A stretch of 39,519 bases of DNA from a virus (Duplodnaviria; Caudoviricetes), in the IMG/VR virus record IMGVR_UViG_3300028588_000047, positions 1-39,519 of that record. One strand, 5' to 3'. Position numbers and translations under genes: made by a program. Below the pieces are notes generated by a model. It saw only the letters and a list, made by a program, of their open reading frames with translations. It did not search any database and was not told the DNA's origin. Below are positions 33,801 through 39,519 of the stretch, piece after piece (the first letter of the stretch is position 1; each line of letters starts with the position of its first letter).

Positions 33801-35261
33801 GTGGTGTTTACCAACATCCAAACCGATCCAGCTAAAACGCAGGTCGTTGACATCAACCCGATTCAAAACTTGAAAGAGCAAGAAGCGGTGACGTATTCCG
33901 GTGTGGGTGGGCGTAACTCACGCACCATGACGAAGAAGACCCGGACGTTCCATCGGAACGACATGGGGATGATCTCAAGCGACACGGTGGATTCCTCCGA
34001 CGTGGCGATTAACACCTTCACGTCAGCTGACCCACAATTCACATCGCTGCGCGGTTTGCCGAAAGCGTACGACAAAGCGATGGGGATGACGGCACTGTTC
34101 TCAACGTCGGTACTGTTAGCACCTGGTACTGATCAAGACGATATGAAGCGGGCTAACTTCATCGGCATTCAACACTCCCACGGTGTTGCTTGTGTGGGTT
34201 ACCACCAGATGCCTGTTCGAACTGGCTACGAGCAAGTCATCGCTCAGCGTACGAGCGACATGTACGCCGCTGCTGCACCGCAAGACGGTGTGGTTGAATC
34301 GGTCAATGCTTTGGGCGTGATTGTCAAGTTCGCTGACGGTACCAAGCAAGGTTACGAAATCGGGCGTCGCTTCGGTAATGCTGCTGGTTTGGTTGTCCCG
34401 CATGAAGTCGTTGCGAACGTGAAGGTTGGGCAGAGTTTTAAGAAGGGTCAGATCCTGGTGTACAACACAGGCTTCTTTGAACCGGATATGCTTAACCCAG
34501 AGAACGTGGTGTGGAAGGCCGGTATGTTGGTCAAGACGGTATTGATGGAAGTACCTGAAACGCTGGAAGACTCCTCCGCCATTTCCACCCGGATGTCAGA
34601 CAAGCTGAAAACGAAAGTTTCTAAGTACTCCGACATCGTTGTCACGTTCGAGCAATCGGTGCGCAACTTGAAGAAAGTTGGTGACTTTGTCACGAGCGAA
34701 GATATTTTATGCATAATCGAGGACGCAACGACGGCTAACGCGAACCTGTTTGACGCCGAGTCGCTCAGTACCTTGAAGATTCTTAGCAACGCCGCACCGC
34801 AAGCCAAAGTCAAAGGGGTCGTTGAACGCATTGAAGTGTATTACCATGGCGACAAAGAAGACATGAGTGATTCGCTGCGTTCAATTGCTAACGCCGGCGA
34901 CAAAGATCTGGCTGAACGTTTCAAGTCAGTGGGCCGAAAAGTCTTGACTGGCAGTGTCGATGAAGCGTTCCGGGTGGAAGGTGATCCGCTCCAGATGGAA
35001 TACATGTGTATCCGTATCTACATTACCTCGGAAGTTGATATGGGGGAAGGTGATAAAGGTGTGTTTGCGAACCAGATGAAATCCGTCGCCGGAAAGAAGA
35101 TGGCAGCAGACTACCGTACGGAAAGCGGTGAACAGATCGACGCGGTCTTCGGTGCCATCAGTATCGAGAACCGGATCGTGGAGTCTCCCGTCGCCATCGG
35201 CATGTATAGCGTGCTGTTAGATCTCGTCGGTCAAGAGGCAGTTGCTGCATACGAGTCTTAA
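30804..35261 (+). CDS. rpoB: Virion RNA polymerase beta subunit, large N-terminal part (phiKZ gp178-like)
   Basis: YMSNGVKY, RTFHRNDMG, DQDDMKRANF, VRTGYE, EDSSAIS, GEGDKGVFANQMKSV and IDAVFGAISIENR correspond to RpoB conserved regions. Confidence 0.92.
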   Translation: MLLEYKPFYQAYGVRRVEQLTKPRFGLMNHFQLPRRSVVHLAHGNPTNYGPSEQEVALQGFSAAIMQENKVVQKAQSRIVLMHHITQLAPGCYGAPIKQTVQVANLLKQYHRSHRRFQLAPTLDSALKNTESLLVYNYDMIQHTIRYPRSAMNHFFEWYNIEKTLWTEVAKLAAISERPQFIVRHMPQVLPPRSSLQLMEQMKPSAPNNKVLAVFNSTERLFLADIWKWLGESRAGSLMGLVPRHLLSRVNLVFIESGRWTTVNLGMLDSWRAPLENELQPNEEVLTNLIAPKRYQAQMLRFFMSVTQLRTVAAPEITDVANGQVLDHDDAQELKKELAVTASTSVTRVDTGPVKVDPRTGAAHTKTEITKTQIAEIVDDQPDDTAATVKVDEKQAAQIEADIAEMEKIRAPEEIGTDAAPVAGELEERAKWVTTPRAVVALVPELKRLPHNEALMQIANGHLNSGSLSAAQYRHYEKLAVAYENMPSPNPSLRLGEFATIPPEVLKVTESVKMVDIASVPDKTMLQSSLMDFDKRYVKDVMQRDIASMVLCLSQAGYAVSGYEVEPVESLMGSYNMYTVRVMPIDGTASTIRFKLPQIEEDGSYMSNGVKYSLRKQRTELPIVKTAPDTVTLTSYYGKAFIRRSEKKVNNYGGWLTNGVMAKWLDEGDEAVFDAHPGDMSDNQFKCPRVYSILASAFSSFKVRLQNFPAEVGQITFELSFDHTKREALYGKPAMARFEKNGALIIGKSLNGTHYMLMGKSSAIAIVGPTLAGPEQVFQLGTFEGVINMNQMKAPVDIAVMKVQGSTIPVGVVLAYEMGLEPMLALMKSQIRRVPAGTRLNLGMNEEAVIFNDETIVFDKNDHLTGMFLGGFNEYHRAIRRYNVHLFNSKEVYLNILEDAGLGVRYIREMNLFYQMFIDPITHDILVEMNEPTDMRALLIRAGSMLITDEHPDELDGAYMRLRGYERMAGAVYSEIVRSIRQHNGSAGKSRSPLNMDPFVVFTNIQTDPAKTQVVDINPIQNLKEQEAVTYSGVGGRNSRTMTKKTRTFHRNDMGMISSDTVDSSDVAINTFTSADPQFTSLRGLPKAYDKAMGMTALFSTSVLLAPGTDQDDMKRANFIGIQHSHGVACVGYHQMPVRTGYEQVIAQRTSDMYAAAAPQDGVVESVNALGVIVKFADGTKQGYEIGRRFGNAAGLVVPHEVVANVKVGQSFKKGQILVYNTGFFEPDMLNPENVVWKAGMLVKTVLMEVPETLEDSSAISTRMSDKLKTKVSKYSDIVVTFEQSVRNLKKVGDFVTSEDILCIIEDATTANANLFDAESLSTLKILSNAAPQAKVKGVVERIEVYYHGDKEDMSDSLRSIANAGDKDLAERFKSVGRKVLTGSVDEAFRVEGDPLQMEYMCIRIYITSEVDMGEGDKGVFANQMKSVAGKKMAADYRTESGEQIDAVFGAISIENRIVESPVAIGMYSVLLDLVGQEAVAAYES

Positions 35262-35265
35262 TTTA

Positions 35266-35290
35266 CACTAGGGGCTCATCACCCCTAGTG
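35266..35290 (+). terminator. Hairpin after the vRNAP beta gene
   Basis: CACTAGGGG-CTCATCA-CCCCTAGTG followed by a pyrimidine-rich run. Confidence 0.55.
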
Positions 35291-35322
35291 CGCTTCTCTC
35301 TTTCATATCCAAAGGAAATATC

Positions 35323-35520
35323 ATGCAAAATATCGCATCGCTGCAAACCGTGGCGACGCTGGCTAACGCCTCCGAGCTCGTGTGCAGCATCGCCAAAGAA
35401 GTCCTGGGCAACGATGTCGCTGACATGGTGCAAGGCAATGAGCTGACCACCGCTGCTGTGCGCTCGGTGTTCATGGCGCAAGTCCAATCGACGTTCGACC
35501 AATACCGTGGAGGCAATTAA
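35323..35520 (+). CDS. Small conserved hypothetical protein
   Basis: RBS AAAGGA; 65 aa; the stop abuts the next start. Confidence 0.75.
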   Translation: MQNIASLQTVATLANASELVCSIAKEVLGNDVADMVQGNELTTAAVRSVFMAQVQSTFDQYRGGN

Positions 35521-36948
35521 ATGCTGAGCACAGACGCAATCTTCTCAGCCATTAACCTGGCTGAACAGTTCGATGCCAAGAACATCGTGCTGCAACCGTT
35601 GGCAGGCTCGGCGCTCCATCACCTGGTCGCTTCCAATTTCATCACCAGCGACATGGCTACCAAGCTCGACACCGGCGAAGTCTCGATTGACTTCTTCCGT
35701 ATCGAACAAGGCGCCAATGCCAAAGAAGGTGCATTTGATTGCTCCCGCCATGACGGCGCGATGCTTGACTTCACCAACGTATCCAAGGAAGCGGTTCAGA
35801 ATGCCCTGAACGCCACCCGCACGATCGTCAAGCCCCGCATCGCTGACCTGCTCGATCTCGTTACCATGCGCTTAACCTCAGCGCCTGTGGCAGAACTGTC
35901 GCGCATCAAGATCAGTGAAGAAGAAGACTGCCCGGCGCTGTACCTGCCGGCGATGCGTAAACTGGTTGACCAGTACGCGAACTACCCGAACGGCGAACCG
36001 CGCCTGGGTGTGAACGGACCAGAACTCGGTACCGAAGACATCCTGAAGCTGGTGCAAACAGGCGTCGCGTCGATCGATTCGGAGCTGACCCCTTGGGCGG
36101 TCTCGCTGCCAGAATGGCAACTGCGCTCAGCTTACGAAAGCTTCTTTACGATTCGTAACGGCGCCGACCGTCGTGGTTTCTTCGGCCGCATGAACAAATC
36201 TGCTGTCTACATGGTGTTGGTGTACTGCATCGCCCGCACGCTGGTTGAGAACGACACCGTCCTCGAAGGCGTGACGCAAGATCTGAAATCCTACCGTGAA
36301 CTGCTCACGGCGATCATGGCGCAATCGGCGCACATGCTGGCAATCCAAATGGAAAAGAACGATGCGGCGATCAAGAACGGAAACATGGTTCGCTCGATCA
36401 CCCCGTTCGAAGTAAAAGTCTTCCCACCGATCTACCGCGGCTGGCTGGAATCGGGTGGCGACAACGACGTACTCTACGGCATGGCTGTATCGGGTAAACA
36501 AAAGTTCACCATCGACGCCATCACGGCCGACCAGGCTGACTACCTGAAATCGTGGCGCAGTTATTCCACGCTCATTTCCTCCCGTGACAGCACCACCAAG
36601 TTCACGTTCCTGAAAGAGCAGCTCTGCCTGGCATACGAAAACATCCTGGGCAAAGAGAACGAAGACGGCAGCGTGATGGCGCCGCATTTGATCGTCGACG
36701 AAATGAAGACGTTCAAGGAAGTGCTCAAAACGATGACGATTAGCGATAGCGATGACTTGCACGCAATGTGCCAGAAACTCGTTTGCCGTACGTCGTTCCC
36801 TGACACGCCGGCTGAAATGATCCTGACCAAGATCGACGAAGAAGCCAAACGCAACCCGTCGTTGTTACCACGCGAAGCTGCTGCCCTGGCCACGCTCTGG
36901 TACATCTCGGCCTGGGTCGCTTCCCAGATCGTTCCAGCTTCAGCTTAA
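35521..36948 (+). CDS. Conserved jumbo-phage protein (phiKZ gp177-like by synteny), possibly virion-associated
   Basis: RBS GGAGG; 475 aa; lies between vRNAP beta and the protease cluster. Confidence 0.7.
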   Translation: MLSTDAIFSAINLAEQFDAKNIVLQPLAGSALHHLVASNFITSDMATKLDTGEVSIDFFRIEQGANAKEGAFDCSRHDGAMLDFTNVSKEAVQNALNATRTIVKPRIADLLDLVTMRLTSAPVAELSRIKISEEEDCPALYLPAMRKLVDQYANYPNGEPRLGVNGPELGTEDILKLVQTGVASIDSELTPWAVSLPEWQLRSAYESFFTIRNGADRRGFFGRMNKSAVYMVLVYCIARTLVENDTVLEGVTQDLKSYRELLTAIMAQSAHMLAIQMEKNDAAIKNGNMVRSITPFEVKVFPPIYRGWLESGGDNDVLYGMAVSGKQKFTIDAITADQADYLKSWRSYSTLISSRDSTTKFTFLKEQLCLAYENILGKENEDGSVMAPHLIVDEMKTFKEVLKTMTISDSDDLHAMCQKLVCRTSFPDTPAEMILTKIDEEAKRNPSLLPREAAALATLWYISAWVASQIVPASA

Positions 36949-36957
36949 AGGTAACCC

Positions 36958-37683
36958 ATGGATCACCGACAATACGTCCATGACGCCGCTAAAGCGCAAA
37001 GCTATATCCGTGAAGTAGAAGGGGATCGGTTAGTTACGACTAAGGGACTGAAGATAGTCATTCCTGTTCACTACATCGAAAAGGGCTTAGCCTACGTCGG
37101 CATTGAAACCCGTATTGTTGGTATCTACGGCATCATCGTTGAGGATCACTACTACGGCGTTTCAATGGCCTGCGCCATGATGCGCATCACGCCTAGCTCG
37201 ACAGCCAAAGTCATTTACGATGACGAAGAGTTTTACGAGTTCACCTTTGACCCAGGTGCGACGATCTGCCCATCAGCGAAACTGGTGATGATCGATACGT
37301 TGGTGTACAACATCTACGACGAGATCCTCTCCAAAGGTCGGGTGCCTTGGTACTTAAGTTACGATCACATGGGCATGTTGTTCGATACTGCACAAATGCA
37401 CGCAGGTGCTAACGTCGGTATGCAACAAGAAGTCGTGGAAATGATGGTGTCGTTGATTGCGCGTGACCCCAATGACCGCGCGGTCTACTACCGCCAAGTA
37501 ATCCAATCCAAAGCGGACTTGGTCAACAAGAAACCTGTCTGGGTGGGAATGCGCAGCGTGAGCTGGTCGGCAACAAACACCTTGAACAAAGTAGCGGGCA
37601 GTTATGCCAAAGACGGCATGGTGTCAGCTTTAGTTACACCAACTGTACGCGTTGAGAGAATCGAACAGATTCTCCGGCAATAG
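36958..37683 (+). CDS. Conserved jumbo-phage protein (phiKZ gp176-like by synteny)
   Basis: 241 aa with motifs KGRVPWYLSY and ATNTLNKVAGSY; directly upstream of the protease. Confidence 0.7.
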   Translation: MDHRQYVHDAAKAQSYIREVEGDRLVTTKGLKIVIPVHYIEKGLAYVGIETRIVGIYGIIVEDHYYGVSMACAMMRITPSSTAKVIYDDEEFYEFTFDPGATICPSAKLVMIDTLVYNIYDEILSKGRVPWYLSYDHMGMLFDTAQMHAGANVGMQQEVVEMMVSLIARDPNDRAVYYRQVIQSKADLVNKKPVWVGMRSVSWSATNTLNKVAGSYAKDGMVSALVTPTVRVERIEQILRQ

Positions 37684-37693
37684 AAAGTTTATC

Positions 37694-38500
37694 ATGTCGA
37701 ATATGTACGGTCCTAATTCCGTGATGTTCGCTTGTACCTCGTTGGTGGGTGTCAACAAGGTCGGCGAACTCAAGAAGACACCGGAAGGGTATTACCCCAT
37801 GATCGTGGGGGCTCTCAATGTCTTTAATTCCGGTGGCCAGTATTATCCCTTGAAAGGTTCAGAAGACCTCTTCTTGGAGTCGTCATCGCTGCAACGGCGC
37901 GTTAAACGCGCCGCTCTGCGTGGTGAATACGGTCACCCCAAACCACCTCCACGGGCAATGTCTCCCGCAGAGCAGAAAGTACGTGAGCAAGAATTCGCTC
38001 GCCGCAATCTGTCGATCTACGAAGAGAACGTTTGCTGCCACCACATGAAGTTGTGGTTAGACCCGAACGTCATCAAAGACGCCAAAGGTAACAAGGTCGT
38101 GGCCATCATGTCGCTGGTCGCACCGAACGGTCCTTTGGGTAATGTACTGGAAAAGCAACTCCAGAATCCCCATGAGAACGTTTGCTTCTCGATTCGTTCG
38201 TTCACCGATAACAAACTGCGGTTCGGTATCGAAGAGCGCACGATCAAAGAAATCGTCACGTTTGACTACGTCAACGAACCCGGTATTTCGCACGCCGAGA
38301 AATACTTCAGCCCGGCCCTTGAAAGCCACCAAGACTTCGAGATGTCAATGTCTCGTAGCACGCTTGAGAAAGCGATCTTCGATAACCGCCCTGCCGGCAT
38401 CTCGAATGAGTCCGTCATCATCTCAGGCGCCGCGTTGTTCAATTCGATGAATTGGCCAATGCCGCATCAAAGCCATCTGCCAGCTTCGCTGCGTTGGTAA
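37694..38500 (+). CDS. Prohead (head maturation) serine protease (phiKZ gp175 / T4 gp21-like)
   Basis: LRGEYGHP (catalytic His), FSIRS (catalytic Ser) and TFDYVNEPG. The C-terminal PALES and ISNES are putative autocleavage motifs. The start was reassigned to ATG 37694. Confidence 0.9.
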   Translation: MSNMYGPNSVMFACTSLVGVNKVGELKKTPEGYYPMIVGALNVFNSGGQYYPLKGSEDLFLESSSLQRRVKRAALRGEYGHPKPPPRAMSPAEQKVREQEFARRNLSIYEENVCCHHMKLWLDPNVIKDAKGNKVVAIMSLVAPNGPLGNVLEKQLQNPHENVCFSIRSFTDNKLRFGIEERTIKEIVTFDYVNEPGISHAEKYFSPALESHQDFEMSMSRSTLEKAIFDNRPAGISNESVIISGAALFNSMNWPMPHQSHLPASLRW

Positions 38501-38503
38501 TAC

Positions 38504-38550
38504 CAACCTCCTTCTCCCGCAATAGGAGAAGGAGGTTGTATGCCGTTAAA
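38504..38550 (+). terminator. Hairpin element followed by TATGCCGTT
   Basis: CAACCTCCTTCTCC-CGCAATA-GGAGAAGGAGGTTG is a 14-bp stem, followed by TATGCCGTTAAA. Confidence 0.75.
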
Positions 38551-38575
38551 CCGATATGGCGCTACGCTAAAATAG

Positions 38576-38595
38576 GACTATATCACTAATCTGAC
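38576..38595 (+). promoter_or_regulatory. Putative early (virion-RNAP) promoter
   Basis: GACTATATCACTAATCTGA is a near copy of 16761-16779. Confidence 0.55.
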
Positions 38596-38700
38596 ATCGC
38601 TAGAGATAGTTGTCTATTTGCAAAATACTGGTAGAAAATTAGTTGGTTCTCCTCTGGTATAGAGAACCGTAGTTCCCTTCACACCCACGAGGTTACCTTA

Positions 38701-39162
38701 ATGTCCAACAATAAACAAAACACAACTCAGTGGAAAGACACCGTGATGACCTTTCACGGCGAGCAGTACAGCTTTCTACAACTGATGGTCGCAGCAGCAG
38801 CAGGCCCCACAATCAGCATCGCCGTTCAAGACCTAGACCCTGACCTGCTCAACGATCTTGACCCAGTTTCGATTCAACCACGCGACCCAGAGATCAACGA
38901 TCACCAAATCGTCTTCTTCAAGTACGACGGCAAGTTCGTTATCGTTTCCGGCTGGAACGAAGTGAGCAAGATCCTGAAGAACAAAGAGCAGTTGATCAGC
39001 GGTCGCATGATCTCCAAACACGCTTTCAAGAACACCCGCATTCTCCCACCGAATCTGGCGCCGTCCAACCCTGTCTACCCGACGCCGGCACCAGCGTACC
39101 CAACCCGGCGTGATTCCACCGATCGCCGTCCACCTAACCGGGCTTACAGCAAGAACGGTTAA
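38701..39162 (+). CDS. Hypothetical protein (phiKZ gp174-like position)
   Basis: RBS GAGG; 153 aa with a Pro/Arg-rich tail. Confidence 0.75.
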   Translation: MSNNKQNTTQWKDTVMTFHGEQYSFLQLMVAAAAGPTISIAVQDLDPDLLNDLDPVSIQPRDPEINDHQIVFFKYDGKFVIVSGWNEVSKILKNKEQLISGRMISKHAFKNTRILPPNLAPSNPVYPTPAPAYPTRRDSTDRRPPNRAYSKNG

Positions 39163-39231
39163 TTTTGCAGCACCGTAGCACTTAGTACCCCACCAAGCTC
39201 TTACGAGTTATTTAACAAAGGAAAAACAATC

Positions 39232-39519
39232 ATGACTACCGCAACCGCTGACAAGGCTATCAAGCTGCCGGATCTGCACGAAAAGACCACCGGTCACTCC
39301 ACTGCCCTCGGCAATGAGTTCACCGTTGACATCAAAGGCAAAACCATCGAAGTGGCCAGCGACATCTACGAGCGCCTGCTGCCGCAAGACCTTACCATGG
39401 CCCAATGCCGCGCCGTCCACGACTACGAAGCTCACCTGGCCGCCGGCTTCGTCGACGCTGTCGCTACCGCCGCGCTGACCGCTGCCGGCAAACACAAAGG
39501 CCTCGACACCGTGTCGGCC
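39232..39519 (+). CDS. Hypothetical protein, N-terminal part (runs off the window; missing from the ORF track)
   Basis: RBS AAAGGA then ATG 39232. The frame MTTATADKAIKLPDLHEKTTGHSTALGNEFTVDIKGKTIEVASDIYERLLPQDLT... is open to the window end, with strong C-ending codon bias. Confidence 0.8.
   Translation, partial: MTTATADKAIKLPDLHEKTTGHSTALGNEFTVDIKGKTIEVASDIYERLLPQDLTMAQCRAVHDYEAHLAAGFVDAVATAALTAAGKHKGLDTVSA

Noticed and set aside
29181-35261. Bacterial chromosomal rpoBC operon
   Set aside because: The subunits are split, highly divergent, in reversed order and flanked by virion genes rather than ribosomal protein genes.
36127-36762. 211-aa - strand ORF
   Set aside because: It is the antisense shadow of 35521..36948.
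367-38550. Hairpin family interpreted as REP/MITE elements or CRISPR repeats
   Set aside because: The stem sequences differ between copies, there is no regular repeat-spacer period, no target-site duplications and no transposase or cas gene. Their positions track gene 3' ends.
39208-39495. 95-aa - strand ORF
   Set aside because: It is the shadow of the + strand gene starting at 39232.
1-39519. Stop-codon reassignment, introns, tRNA genes
   Set aside because: Long conserved genes are intact in code 11 with TAA, TAG and TGA all used as stops. No gaps are large enough for introns, and no cloverleaf/T-loop pattern was seen by eye (tRNAscan not run).

Overview
This window looks like part of a phiKZ-like (Chimalliviridae-type, nucleus-forming) jumbo myophage genome, densely coding in standard code 11. 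It carries a core block of virion and transcription genes: a PAAR tip plus central baseplate spike, an SbcC/Rad50-type ATPase, RNase H, a UvsX/RecA recombinase, three split subunits of the virion-packaged multisubunit RNA polymerase (beta N-terminal part, beta C-terminal part and the catalytic beta' part with DYDGD), a 2379-aa tail/tape-measure protein with a C-terminal lytic transglycosylase, baseplate/head proteins and the prohead serine protease. The assignments rest on motifs read from the translations, and the phiKZ gp numbers are recalled from synteny rather than searched. The most notable unexplained signal is a family of intergenic elements: a GC-rich hairpin flanked by (TTAAA)CGGCATA(C)/TATGCCG, mostly without a U-tract, at all five convergent gene junctions and after the protease gene. 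Other points of interest are a probable i-spanin/o-spanin pair, three tandem diverged DUF1653/SH3-like paralogs, degenerate SLOG-like, NADAR-like, HAD-like and P-loop proteins, a repeated early-promoter-like motif and a shared ISNES protease-cleavage motif. No tRNA, rRNA, CRISPR array, IS element or intron was recognised.
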